Source of the DNA: Octopus bimaculoides | Lineage: Eukaryota | Length of the DNA: 60,767 nt | Direction: 5' to 3' | Assembly (NCBI RefSeq): GCF_001194135.2 | Contig: NC_068981.1 | Coordinates: 160,003,473 to 160,064,239, forward strand | In this document: positions 12,690 to 25,826 of the stretch, piece by piece | Layout: every line of letters starts with the position of its first letter | How positions within the stretch are numbered: position 1 is the stretch's first letter | Program-made: the position numbers and the translations under genes | The notes under the pieces: model-generated | Told to the model about the DNA's origin: nothing | The model's input: only the letters and a program-made list of their open reading frames with translations | The model's database searches: none

Positions 12690-13900
12690 GTAGTCACTGA
12701 GATGCTGAAAATATTTAGCATGGTCACTGAAATGCTGAAAATATCTGGCAAAGCTGGGTTTACACAAGTCATTCACACTGTCAGTTGTGCACTACAAGAA
12801 GGGGTCATCTTCAATGACTGACAAAGCAGTATCATCATCAACTGTGACAAGGCCAAAGGAGTTGTTCTAGAAAGAAGCAGCTATAGCAGTATCAAACTGA
12901 TGGCCCTAACTATGAAAGTAACAGAAAGAGTTATAACCCAAGTGATTACGGAAAGATGAGTCGTAGAATGGATTTGCATTTGAATAAGGTACAATTGATG
13001 TTCTATTCCTAGTGAAATAACAACATGAAAAGTTCTTAACTAAGAATAAGCCACTATACCTAGCATTTGTTGTTTTAGAGAAGGTCTTTGAAAGAGTACC
13101 AAGTTCATAGTGTAGTGACCACAAAGGAAACTTAATAAAGATGAATGGCTTGAGAGAGTTATGCAAGTCTTGTACAGAGATGCTGTCAGCAAGGTGAGTT
13201 AGTAAATTTGGCAAATAATTTATTGTGCAAGTATGTGTCTAAAAGGCCTCAGTTCTCACTTCCAATTATGTTTTATCATAGTTCTCCAGACCATAACAGA
13301 GAAGTTTAAAACCAGCTGTCTGTGCAAACACCTGTATGCTGATGACTAAACAGATTTTTCTGAATTTATTAGTGATTTTGAAAAATTCAAAATGTTTTCC
13401 AGTAAAAGTAAACTAATCAAAGAAAAAGTTTCAGATAGCAGGAAAGAAGACAAATCTCTGTTGACATCTGGAAAGTGATCATGCTTGACATACAGAAAGG
13501 GAATACAAAGGAGTTCGATATGGTGTACCCATTGTAAATTGTTGGTGCACAAAAGGTGTAATGGGATCGTGAATAATAGAGAATGAAGGCTTCTTTGCAT
13601 CAAAAATATAAGAGTAGTTAGCAGTAAGTACACTCGTGAAATAAATTCTTCAAATGCTCAGAAGACTTCAAAGAAATATCGAGAGTATCTCTTATCTAGG
13701 TGACTTACTTATTAGTGGTGGTGTGTTCTTTAGAAACTCAGCAACCAGAGTAAGTGTGTGGGAGTGGAAAATAGTCTAGGAAGTTATTAGCTCTACTGGT
13801 AACAAAGGGATAGCAAAGGAAATATATCTAGGCCCATATTACAAATAGATGAGCAGATACCTTACCCCCTGACAGTACCAGTCTATAACACCTCGCTTTT
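12690..13900 (+). mobile_element. RTE LINE reverse transcriptase remnant
   Basis: EMLKISGKAG, LEKVFERVP, YADD at 13335, CTHCKLLVHKRC and YLGDLL motifs with many stops. Confidence 0.85.
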
Positions 13901-15949
13901 ATTGAACAATGGGGAAGAAAATAATTATAGTTGAACAAAGAGGTAAAGATCATAGGTGAAGAAGACTCACAGTACAAAGTAATAAAAATAGGTGAGGAAA
14001 AACAATTTCTTCCAAACAACAAGAAAATCCATCCCCAGGAAAACACATCAAATGGGAACTAAGATTCACCTTTCTTCAAAATCACACACAGTTAATAAAC
14101 TATATTATGCATCGTTCGAAAAAGTGGTAAACACAAAAAATAATTTGCTTCAGAATTTAAACAACATGCAAAAGATAGATTACTAGTGAAATTAAATTTA
14201 AACTATAACAAACTTAAAAAGAGAATGCCCGGAAGATGTTGGTGTGTTCAACACAACATATTCCAAAAGATGCTTACTCGTGCATTCAGTTGCACTCAAA
14301 CGCAATTTGAGAAATGATTAAATAAATGTAAGAGGTTGTGAAGTTTTCTAAGTGAATTTAACCAGAAAGTTTTCTAGTTTTATTTCTTTAAATTATATCT
14401 TGTTTTAATCATTGTGTTTTATTGTACTTTTGTTACATTTATTTCCATGCAAATATGTGAATGTATGCATATATGTGTGTATGTCTAGGTACATGTGTAC
14501 AAGTATTCATGTGTATATTTATGCGTGTGTGTATATATATATACATGTATATATATGTATGTACATATCTATACATGTATGTGTGTGCATGTACATTTAC
14601 AATTCTTAATACATCCAGCTAAATATTGCATAATATCTCTTACCTCATTCTCTTTGTACACTGTAAATGTGTTTATTTTATTTTTTTTTTCCACTCCACA
14701 TTTTTCTCTCTTCCTTTGTAACTGCTAGTGAAGGTTTTTTTTATTTTTTGTATTTCTTTATACTCTTGTGGCAAATAGACAAAAGATCATCATCATCATC
14801 TTCATCATCATCATCTTCATCATCATCATCTCCGTCATCATCTTCATCATTGTTGTTGTTGTTGTTGTTGTTATTATTATTATTACACTAACAAACATTT
14901 ATCATTCAAAAATTTTTTTTAAAAACCCATTCAATCAGATGTTTCCAGTTACTCTTTTACCAATGGTAAATATAAATTATTTCTTTCTGATTTGATATAT
15001 ATATAAATATCCATCCTTTGGTATCTTCTTTTTTCTAAAATTTCTGTCAACATACATGTAAAAGAGAAAAACAAGATAAAAACAGCCATTCTTTCTTGAT
15101 GCTTTTTTAGAAATAATTTATATTGAATTTCTTCATAGCAAATTTACTCTCAAATATGTATTTGAAATATGTTGTTTTTCAAATTCCAGTCTATGTTTTC
15201 AAAATATATAGTTTTTTCATATTTTATGGCTAACCTCACAATGTAAGAATCACAAGGAACATCTCGTGCTCCTCGTGAAAATTATGGTTAACAAACGGTA
15301 CCCATAGAACTTTTACAGACATTTTGAAGATGGTTGAAAGTTTATAGAGAACCATGGAATATATAATTTCTTTTGAAATTGTATTTTGTTTGAGACATTT
15401 AATTTTTTAGATCATATAAAAGTCTACCTAGATATACTGAATGTGTAGTCTTAGGAAACATCTCCAAATGTTATATTTCTCATTATATATTTGCCACCTT
15501 TTCCACTTTGTGAGTCATCACCTATTATTTTTCACTCTACATCAAGAAGAAAACGATCATAACAATAGAATAAAAGTGAGAACATAATCTATCTATATTA
15601 TACTGCTACTGTATGAATAAGTTGGTAAAGATTTCATAAATCATATGCTCATTGAATGATACAAAATACTTGATGCAGTGTCTTTCCTAGAATGCAACAA
15701 CTGTCAGAACCAAGATATGATATCTAAGTCAAAGAGAATCACACCTCCTCCAGGACAGCTCTGTAATGATTAGCTGTTCAACAATTCATCAATGTATCAG
15801 CTGCTTCATAGTTGTTATCTTGAAATTGTACATTGTGGTTTCTTCTCATGTGGCCTGGTGTTGATATAATGCTTAAATTTTTGGAATTTGTGTTATTTTT
15901 GAGTCCACCACAAGGTCCAGCCATTGTTGTGATGTGGTGGCTTGTATAC

Positions 15950-16095
15950 CTCAGTATGCCAGCAGAGTATAAGTTCCTGGTAGGGCCTTCCATACTGGAT
16001 AGAGTGGGGAGAGGGCCATAGGATAGCGGTTGGAATAATATAGACCATCTCTTCCCAGAGGTAGATATGGGTTTGCATTGGATCAGTACCTCTAC
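15950..16095 (-). CDS. Candidate 146-nt exon, unknown protein (two open frames)
   Basis: Strong acceptor ctttgttcttttttttctag and donor AG|GTATAC; frames RGTDPMQTHIYLWEEMV... or VEVLIQCKPISTSGKRW... Confidence 0.35.
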
Positions 16096-16578
16096 CTAGA
16101 AAAAAAAAGAACAAAGTTACAGAAGCATTGATGACAATTCAAAACCAACAACACCTGGGAGAAGAAGGCTTTAATTGTGAAAAAATGTTATTGATGGCCA
16201 ATGCTCCATAAGAAGTGAAGAAGCGCTTAAGTAAAGTATTGTTTTTGAATACTTCTTATTAAAGGTATTTAGATAGAATGGCTTTCATCTTTTTATGAGA
16301 TAAAAAAAAATGTTTCATTCGTATATCTTAAATATCTAACGCCAGCTTTGTACGGTAGGCACCAAAGACCAGAATAACATTGTCAAAATATGTTGTCAAC
16401 ACCGAGAGCTTGATGTTAAATTGTTGGCCACAATCTGTGACTGTACTGATTGTCCTAGCTTTCTTTGCCAACTTGTAGATGGTTGCCATTCTAACCACAA
16501 TGGTAGTTTATGCACTCTCAGAGGGGCTGAAGACATTTATACTTCCTTAACATGTTCCTCGGATGCTGGTTCTTTTAC

Positions 16579-16648
16579 CTTCTTATGGGTTTCAGAGTTG
16601 TTGTTTTTTTTAACCATTCCTGGATAATGTACAAGTTTTGACTTGTCA
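16579..16648 (-). CDS. Candidate 70-nt exon (DKSKLVHYPGMVKKNNNSETHKK)
   Basis: Long pyrimidine tract ending ccatgtag and donor AAG|GTAAAA; open frame phase 2 to 0. Confidence 0.25.
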
Positions 16649-16836
16649 CTACATGGAAGGATTGATCCAAGAATCAAAGAAAACTTGTAGTTCTCAATTT
16701 AATTCTTCTGATTGATATCCACACCTAGGATGAATAAACATAGAATTAGCTTTAATGTAAGTGGTTAAAAGTTCTTAACATGACAGCTGTTAGGAATAAT
16801 AACAGAATCAATTCCCTGAAGTTATCTTATGAATAA

Positions 16837-16839
<3 letters not shown>

Positions 16840-16907
<68 letters not shown>

Positions 16908-17105
16908 TTAACGTCCGCTTTCCATGCTAGCATGGGCTGAACGATTTGACTGAGGACTGGTGAAACCGGATGGCTACACCAGGCTCCAATCTGATTTGGC
17001 AGAGTTTCTACAGCTGGATGCCCTTCCTAACGCCAACCACTCTGAGAGTGTAGTGGGTGCTTTTACATGCCACCCGCACGAGGCCAGTCAGGCGGTACTG
17101 GCAAT
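16840..17105 (-). mobile_element. Young RTE-tailed SINE, cut by assembly gap
   Basis: (CAT)n then ttaacgtccgctttccatgctagc; near-identical to the 1-313 copy in reverse. Confidence 0.9.
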
Positions 17106-17809
17106 NNNNNNNNNNNNNNNNNNNNNNNNNNNNNNNNNNNNNNNNNNNNNNNNNNNNNNNNNNNNNNNNNNNNNNNNNNNNNNNNNNNNNNNNNNNNNNN
17201 NNNNNNNNNNNNNNNNNNNNNNNNNNNNNNNNNNNNNNNNNNNNNNNNNNNNNNNNNNNNNNNNNNNNNNNNNNNNNNNNNNNNNNNNNNNNNNNNNNNN
17301 NNNNNNNNNNNNNNNNNNNNNNNNNNNNNNNNNNNNNNNNNNNNNNNNNNNNNNNNNNNNNNNNNNNNNNNNNNNNNNNNNNNNNNNNNNNNNNNNNNNN
17401 NNNNNNNNNNNNNNNNNNNNNNNNNNNNNNNNNNNNNNNNNNNNNNNNNNNNNNNNNNNNNNNNNNNNNNNNNNNNNNNNNNNNNNNNNNNNNNNNNNNN
17501 NNNNNNNNNNNNNNNNNNNNNNNNNNNNNNNNNNNNNNNNNNNNNNNNNNNNNNNNNNNNNNNNNNNNNNNNNNNNNNNNNNNNNNNNNNNNNNNNNNNN
17601 NNNNNNNNNNNNNNNNNNNNNNNNNNNNNNNNNNNNNNNNNNNNNNNNNNNNNNNNNNNNNNNNNNNNNNNNNNNNNNNNNNNNNNNNNNNNNNNNNNNN
17701 NNNNNNNNNNNNNNNNNNNNNNNNNNNNNNNNNNNNNNNNNNNNNNNNNNNNNNNNNNNNNNNNNNNNNNNNNNNNNNNNNNNNNNNNNNNNNNNNNNNN
17801 NNNNNNNNN

Positions 17810-17853
<44 letters not shown>

Positions 17854-18208
17854 CAAGAAAGTTAGAGGTTGTGAATCCAACCAACTAAGAGATGATATCT
17901 ATCCAATATACTGCTGGTAGAATACCCAATTATTATTACAAAAGTGTTTTTTCATTGCATGACAATTTCATTACCAAGTGTAATAAATGGGTGAGGGTAA
18001 AGAGTTATTTTACCATTAATTATAGAGCAATAAGAAAATGGAGGGGATTAATAGGTGGTAATCATCAACTTATAAACATTATATTATGTCAATTTATTTA
18101 TTTACTAAAAGGGTTATAATTGTCATTTTAATAAATAAATAAATTGACATAATATAATGTCTATAAGTTGATGAATACCACCTATTAATCCCCACTATTT
18201 TTCTTATT

Positions 18209-18276
<68 letters not shown>

Positions 18277-18284
<8 letters not shown>

Positions 18285-19148
18285 GTGATGGGTAAATTGT
18301 CAACATTTTATATTTCTAATTTCGCACATGCGCATTGTTTTTGATTTTGTCGACTACACTATATAGTAGGGTCAGTTAAGCACCGTCAAAGAAAAACAGC
18401 ACTGTGGCACAATTCACTCCACCAGAAATTTGGAAACAACATGCTGTACTGCTTGACATGCACACCAGAATCTCCAATATGAACATTTCAGAGGGTTTGA
18501 GTGTCAATCTGAGGACAGAGCAATCTGAGGACATGTACCAACAGTAATAAAAATCAAACATCCAGTCAACATCATGGTGTTTGGAGTGATCACTAGTGAT
18601 GGCAACGTTATCCCTCCATTCATTTTCCCATATGGCCTCATACTCAACACAGAGGCCTACATCAAGTGCCTGTTGGAGGTAGTGCTGCCCTGGGTCAAGA
18701 GGGTGGCTGCCGAAAGACCCTATCTGGTAACAGGACTCTGCACCATGCCACACAAGCAGGAGAACCCAGTCATGGCTGTCAGACAATTTCTGTGACCACA
18801 TCAACCTTGACATCTGGCCACCTAACTCCCCAGACTTCAACCCCCTTTATTATGTGTGGGGCACAACTGAGTGAGAGACCAACAAAACTTCTTATAACAC
18901 CAAAGATGAACTGAAGGCAAGGATTTTGGCAGCATTCACCAACTTAAATAAGGAGACTGTCCAGAAGAGTTGCAGGAGATTCCAAAATCGTCTGGAGGCC
19001 ATGGTTAAAGCCAATAGCAATTTTTTTGAATAAATTTACTCTTTCATATTTCAAGATATTTTAATGTAATTTTGGTAAATATATCTTAGAATGAGATGTC
19101 AGTGTTATTTTCATTTTTGGGAATTTAGACGAGAGTTTATTCCCTGTA
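18277..19148 (+). mobile_element. Tc1/mariner (maT-like) element with TIRs and partial transposase
   Basis: TA-flanked TIRs; MVFGVITSDG.VIPPFIFP...QDSAPCHTS...WPPNSPDFNP...LEAMVKAN. Confidence 0.9.
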
Positions 19149-19306
19149 TGTATATACATACATACATACATTAATACATATATATATATATGTATGTATA
19201 TATATGTGTATATATATACACATATATACACTGTATATATATATATATATATATACGCACACACACACACACACATATACATACATGTAGATACACACAC
19301 ATATAC

Positions 19307-19368
<62 letters not shown>

Positions 19369-19439
19369 TCTGAAGTGTTAGAATTGAGCTAGTCTAGGAT
19401 CTTATAATTTTTACACTTCTTTTTTTGTCCACTACAGTC

Positions 19440-20240
19440 ATATCTCATCTCCATACTTCAATAGTATGGTTAGTCTTTATTGAGAAATCCCATAAAATCC
19501 TGTAATTGTCATTCACCATCACAGCCTCTGGCTCATGTGCATTTCGGTCACTTTGAATCCAAACATTCAGCTAACATCCTAATGAAGTTTTTATCAACAT
19601 AGCCATTCTTGTGCTTATACTCTTTTTGTGCTAGTTTACTGCATTTGCTTAAGAGATAGTTGATACTTTCAACTTCTTTTCCACAGACTCTGCGTTCGCT
19701 CTCTGACTGAGTTTTATCAATCTTTTTATCAATGTTTTTATTAAGTTTGTTCTAATAGCTTGCTCCTGAGCAGCTAGAATCAACAATTCATTTCCTCATT
19801 TCAGTTTGTCATCTGCCAGCCACAACCAGTGTTCTTTACTTCCTACATCCTTGGTTTGTTGCATGAGCTGATCATGCAATTTCTTCTCTTTCCAACAATT
19901 TGTCCTTGTTCTTTTCTTCTATTCTCAAATTCTCTGGCTGCTTTAGTGACTTTTTAGATATTTCTAATTGCAGACAGTATTCTTTCTTCACTATGTTCAG
20001 CGTAGTTTTTCAAACCCAATATTATAATACTGACAGTGTCTTCTGTGTTTAACAAACCCCTGCCTCCCCTCTTTCTTGATCAGTAGAACCTGTCGATATT
20101 ATTTTTAGAGTGGTGGTCACTGCATATTGAAAGCAGGTCCCTAGTTCTATCTAATTCTTGTAGCTCTGTCTATATTCACTTTAGAAAGCAAGCAGAGTGT
20201 CTCAGCACTGGTGTGGCATGTATTGATTGTCTTGACAGTA
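19440..20240 (-). mobile_element. R4/Dong-type LINE remnant (RT C-terminus, zinc knuckle, start of RLE)
   Basis: WLWLAD.KLK...IDKTQSES.RRVCGKEVESINYLLSKCSKLAQKEYK. Confidence 0.8.
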
Positions 20241-21939
20241 TTTCTTCCATTTAGTTTACACAGCCATTTCAACCGCCACCACCATTTCCACTACCACCAC
20301 CACCACCACCACCGCCATCACCACCACTACTGTAATTGTTATCATCACAATGCAGCAGTAGCAGCATTATTATAATATTTTTCATCATCGTTGTGTGTGT
20401 GTGTGTAATGATACTGATGATGACAATAACAACGATGACAATGATCACAATGACAATAATGATGGTGATGTGGTGTGATGACGATGGCAGTAATAGTGGT
20501 GAGGGTGCTGGTGTTGGTGGTGATAACTAGATTTAATAAAAATATTGAAGATCTGTCAAGAGATTTAAGACGACTAAGAGGATATTTTCATTTATATTTT
20601 CATTGAATTAAATACTGTAACACACTGAACAAGTACACTCTACTACACACTGTAGTATACACTACTACCCAAATAATATGTAGTACATTCTACCACTCAA
20701 ATATGAAGGTACACAGCTGGAACACCTTCGACCACAGTTCTGTTCAATCAAGGCTGACAACAACGACAGAATAAACGTGGTTAAATCATAGGTAGAAACT
20801 GAATGATAAATTTCATTTTCTTTATCTTCTTATTTTTTGTTCTTTTTTTCTTCTTCAAACTCTGTCTCATATATCTTTTTAGATATTTTTTTTCTCGCCA
20901 TCTCATTTTATAATATAATAATGTATTTTTATTTTATATCTTTCATGTTTTTCATTTTCTCTTTTTTCTCTGTTTTATATTTTCAAATTTCTAACACTTT
21001 TTTTTCTTTTTAATTCCCTTTTCCTCTATATTCTGACATATTTTGTATCATTTTTCAGTATTCAGATTATCTTTTTATATTTCTTTTCAAAAGGAATGCC
21101 TGGAAGACATCTTAGTTTAAGAACATAATCTTTCTGATAGTTTAATTATCTTTCAGTTTGTAGTATGTTTTTGTAGCCTTGTAAATTTATAGTAAAGTGT
21201 GAGCAATTATACTTGATGTAGTAAGCTAAGAAATTTTGGTTAATTGAAATTACTCTTTTAGTGATAAGAATGAATCATTATCAAAATAATTACTTCAGAT
21301 CAAAAAAGCAAGAGTGACAATCCTGAAATTTTAAATTAATTAAAATCAATTAAATATAGAACTCATTGAAGAGTTAGTCTTGTCATTTAGTAGTATAGTG
21401 ACAACTCCAGACATATTTCTCTGTTGTTAGACCTCATCAGCAAAGCAGTCTACTTATAACTGCAAGATAGGACTCCTATTCACTGTATTTCACACTTAAA
21501 TTTTATTAATTAAAATTTCAAGATTGTTTCCCCTACCACCATTATTCATTACCTCAATTAGCCATTTAGATGATAAATTGTTCTTACTACTATGGGCAAA
21601 ATTTTAATTAATTAAAAATTTATTAACTTACTACATAATGTATGCTAGCATTCACTTTGCTATTAAGTTTTCATGCAGCCGGCATTCCTGAGTTTTTTTT
21701 TTTACCCCTGGTATTAATGTGTATTATAGTTGGAAGTTGAATAATGATATCAAACATACAACTCTGAAAATAAAGAAAGAAAACCTACTATGGTTGTATG
21801 TATAACTGATGTAAACAAGAATTAAACAGCCATAAGATTAAGTAGCAAAGGCCCTGGTACTGAAGCATGAGACACCTCACAAGTGAAGACTGAGAAATTA
21901 GAAAAGTAATGAATTGACTGTGTGATGTCATTGTCATCA

Positions 21940-22440
21940 TCATGGGTGACAATGGAGGCAGTGGCAGTGGTGGTGGCAGCGGTAGTAGTGGCAGCACCAG
22001 CAGCAACATCCATAGCAGCTGCAGCAGCAGATGCAACTGCGATAACAAAGCAGTGACAGCAGTGGTAGCAGCAGTAATGGCAGTGGCAGCAGTGGCAGCA
22101 GCAGTGGAGGTAGCAGCAGTGGAGGTAACAGCAGCGTCAGCAGTGGCAGTACCAGAGGCGACAGCAGCAAATGACAGCAGTGGCAATGGTAGCAGCGGCA
22201 ACGGTAGTAGTGGCAACAGCAGCAGTGGTAATGGTAGTGACAATGGCAGCAGTAGCAAAGGTGGTGGCAATGGTGACAGCTGCAATGGTGGTGGCAGCAA
22301 TGTCAATCCCAGCAATGGATGCTGTGGCAGTAACTGTGACAATGGCAACAGGAGCACAGCGGTGGTTGCAGTGATAGAGGCAGCAGCTGCAGTAGCAGCA
22401 ACAGTGGCAGCAGCAACCACAGCAGCAGTGGTGGCAGTGT
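21940..22440. repeat. Cryptic (GCA/GTG/GTA)n trinucleotide tract
   Basis: About 500 bp of degenerate triplets, open in several frames on both strands. Confidence 0.85.
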
Positions 22441-22720
22441 TCTAAATCTGCCAATCCAGCTTCCGTGTTGGCTTAGGTTGGATGGATTATCACTGATTCA
22501 GTCAGTTCTTATTCAGGCATTGTTGGGGGGCTACTTCCTCACCCATACATGTTAATTTGGCATGGTCTCTATGACCGTATGCCTTTCCTAACACCAACCA
22601 TTTTACAGAGCGTACTGGCTGCATTTTATCATGGCACAAATGATAGAGAGGTTGTCTTGCTCCCAAAGGCAAGACCAAAGGGTCTTCTTGACTTTACATC
22701 ATCTCTGTTCACCAACCCAT
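22440..22720 (-). mobile_element. Degraded RTE-tailed SINE
   Basis: atgcctttcctaacaccaaccattttacagag motif shared with the SINE family. Confidence 0.6.
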
Positions 22721-23009
22721 TTACTGAGTGTTCTCAGTACATTTCATCATGGTACAAGACTGCAGAGATTGTCAACTTCCATTCAAGACAACTTGATTCC
22801 ACCCCACCACCATTAACCCCATCTTGGTCACACAATCTTGAATGAACCCAATATTGATAATTTTTTAAAAATGAGAAGAATTCTGAACAGCAATATTGCT
22901 GTGAATAATATCCAATAAAATCTCAAAATTAATGGTGTCAAAAGTATTGGAGGATTCAGTAAAGAAATCATTCCATGCTTATTGACATTAGCAAAGGCAC
23001 ATGGCCAAG

Positions 23010-23260
23010 TGGTCAGAATGTTGTGTTCATGGTCACACAATCACTATTTCAGTTGCCAGCCAAGGTGACCAAAACACTTCAATTCATGTTGTTCTAGGCC
23101 ATTCAGCTGTAAATGAGTTCCAGTAATACCTGGAAAGTTAATGCTGTGATGGTCTAGTGACCCATTCAGTAGGAGAAGGCTGTAATCACAATCACTTATA
23201 TGCAATGGTAACTATGTTTAGCTCAAGTGGCCATATGAGTCCTATGGGACAGACCTAAGT
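23010..23260 (+). mobile_element. Old tRNA-derived SINE with Deu/V-like core
   Basis: tggccaagtggtcagaa head; cagctgtaaatgagt and gctgtgatggtctag core motifs. Confidence 0.5.
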
Positions 23261-23489
23261 AAGTTATTCACGTTAGCTGCCATTAAGTTATTCCTCTGTT
23301 CAAGAGAAATTTCAAAAGAAGTGACAGAATTGTTAATCAAATCAGTAACAGTCATTTTTATTTAACCTCATTAAAACTATTGTTAGTGATACTTTAGAAA
23401 TGTGTTTGTTGCTGGTGTTGAATAATTCACTTCTGATGACTATTTTTGTTGGTATACAATGTTGGGTTCAATATTTCCTGTCAAAAAAG

Positions 23490-23690
23490 TGGCTAGCTGG
23501 TAGAATCAGTAGCATGCTGGGCAAAATGCTTAGTGGCATTTCATCCATCTTTATGTTCTCGGTTCAAATTCCACTGAGGTTGACTTTACCTTTCAACAAT
23601 AAAATAGGTATCAGTTGAAAACTGGGGGTCAATGTAATCAACTTATCCCCTCCCCTGAAATTGCTGACTTTGTGGAAAAATTGAAAATCA
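23490..23690 (+). mobile_element. tRNA-derived SINE
   Basis: gctggtagaatcagtagc head, ggttcaaattcc B-box, ctgggggtcaatgtaatc core. Confidence 0.75.
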
Positions 23691-24118
23691 GTATTTTCTG
23701 TCAAATCTGCTTAACACTGGGCTAACTGGATTGACTCCCTGGCCCAAAAGAGCCCTGTGATTTTCATCAGTTTTTATTAAGATTCTTCTACTAGATGCTG
23801 GTCACATTATGTCAGAAAAAACTCATTTCTGGTGACCAAATCTTGTGGAAAGATGGAGAATTCTCAAAAATCTTTCAAATTTAATGGAAAGATAGCTGAA
23901 AAACAAAGTACAAAAATGTTTCCATTTAATTAAAGGACGATAGTGTAACAATTAAAACGTCAAAAGACTTGTAACTGAAAAGATATAACATTATAAAACT
24001 TGTCCAATATACTAAATCTACCATACATGAAGAGTTTGCCACCAATACAACAGATATTACACTTCCTTAATTCTCTGAGATAGGCAATGTAGATATTTAA
24101 CTTTTAATGACAACTCAC

Positions 24119-24136
24119 TTGAAACTGTCATTGTTT
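24119..24136 (-). CDS. Candidate 18-nt microexon
   Basis: Acceptor ttgttagttttttatcatag and donor CAA|GTGAGT; length is a multiple of 3; open in phase 1 (TMTVS) and phase 2 (NNDSF). Confidence 0.3.
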
Positions 24137-24392
24137 CTATGATAAAAAACTAACAATTTTTAAGTATTTGTCTTCAATTTAATATCTCACATCTCAACTT
24201 CATGCAAGAACCCTTTGCTAAACTATGTCCCAAACACTAAATTAATAATGTAATTGCTTAATTTTTTATAAATCTTGATTATTTCTAAAATTAAATAGAG
24301 CACACAAGGCGTATGTGCCAGCTCACTTGGAGCATTGTGAAATAATAAAGAAAGGAAGCTAGAATACAGAGATCTCTTTGCGGAGTTCCTTA

Positions 24393-25281
24393 TATGTGGT
24401 CTGATTAATAAGTATCCGGACTGTTGCTATAGTAACAAAACCAAAGCACGGAGAGTAACACAGATTGACCTTAAACTCTGCTGTGCATGTGCTCTAAGTT
24501 TTAATGCTCTAGCTCACTTCCACTGTTTACAGCAGTACTTGGAAGGAATGTGTGTAGCATGTGATTGTCACATTGAACATGACAGAGGAAGTTGAGCAGA
24601 GAATCTGCATCAAATTTTCTCAAGAGCTTAACAATACCTGCTCAGAGGCCTATGCAAAGTTTCCAAAAAGTTTTCACCATTCTCGACACAATCAAGGAGA
24701 TCTTATGCAACTAAAACCCAAGTGTCCTTTTGGTCAGCTGAAAGTAGTTTTGGCACAAACTTAGCAGATGCACATCTCATACCCAAATCTTAAGTGAAAA
24801 TGAACCAAACTAAACCATAACTAACCTGGACATCCTCTGATAACTTGTGGATGGTGATTCAATGATTTCTCCTCACAGCTGCATGCTCATCTGTGATGTT
24901 TTTCTCAGTTCTGCTGGTTGCAGGTCTCCCAGAATGTTCGTCAATGTCAACATTTTTTTGGCCATCTTGGAAACATCTGAACCACTCATACACTTGTGTA
25001 CGGCTCATAGACTTCTCTCCATTGACTTTCTTCAACTTTGTGTAGGCCTCTGAGCAGGTATTGTCATGACAACGTTTTCTGTCATGGTCAATGCAACAAT
25101 CACACACTACACACCTTCCTTCCAAGCACTGCTGTAAACATCAGAAGTGAGCTAGAATGTTAAAACTTAATGTACATGCAAAACAGAGTTCAAGGTCAAT
25201 CTGTGCCAAGCAGCTTCCCTCTGCATGCTTTAGCTTCATTCCAATGACAACAGTCTGGATACTTATTGATCAGATCTTGTA
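24393..25281 (-). mobile_element. mariner-derived fold-back element with about 260-bp inverted arms
   Basis: TA-flanked TIR ..ggtctgattaataagtatccggact; minus-strand HTH MSRTQVYEWFRCFQDG..DIDEHSGRP; inverted second transposase start MTEEVEQRICIKF. Confidence 0.9.
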
Positions 25282-25786
25282 TATTTTAGGTGAATCACCC
25301 AGCAACTGCAAGCTTGTAATAATTCACGACTGCTTTACCTGAAATATATAAGGAATTAATACATCTTTAATTCTCTCTTCACATTTTAAGATTCTTTCTA
25401 TGTTATTTCTTTCTGTAACATTAGAAATAAGTTTGAGAAAGGGGTAAAATATTCAGAAATTCTCTCAAAGAAAAAAACATTATATCAAAAATAATTTATC
25501 CATTTTGTTTTTGTTTTCTGTAGATATATCTACTTGTGTTCTATTCATTATAGAAAAAAGAATGTAAAGCATCACCTATATATTTTGATTTACTTGACTC
25601 AAGGCACAATCAATTTAAAGAAAGTGGTTTAAGTCTATGCTCTTGTTCTTCAATAAATGTGAATTTACACTATGTTCATATTTATGCATAAGTAATTCCA
25701 TTTGCAGGCCCAGGGCAGAACAAATTTCAATAAGGAATCCTTTTATAAATTAAGATTTTCATCCCATGAATAACAACAACAATGAC

Positions 25787-25826
<40 letters not shown>

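Noticed and set aside
16960-17920. 270-300 aa ORFs; likewise 35850-36527, 10917-11281 and 29494-29889
   Set aside because: They run through N gaps and microsatellites, so they are artefacts.
21788-22454. 210-aa and 167-aa ORFs as genes
   Set aside because: Products of a degenerate triplet repeat that is open in many frames.
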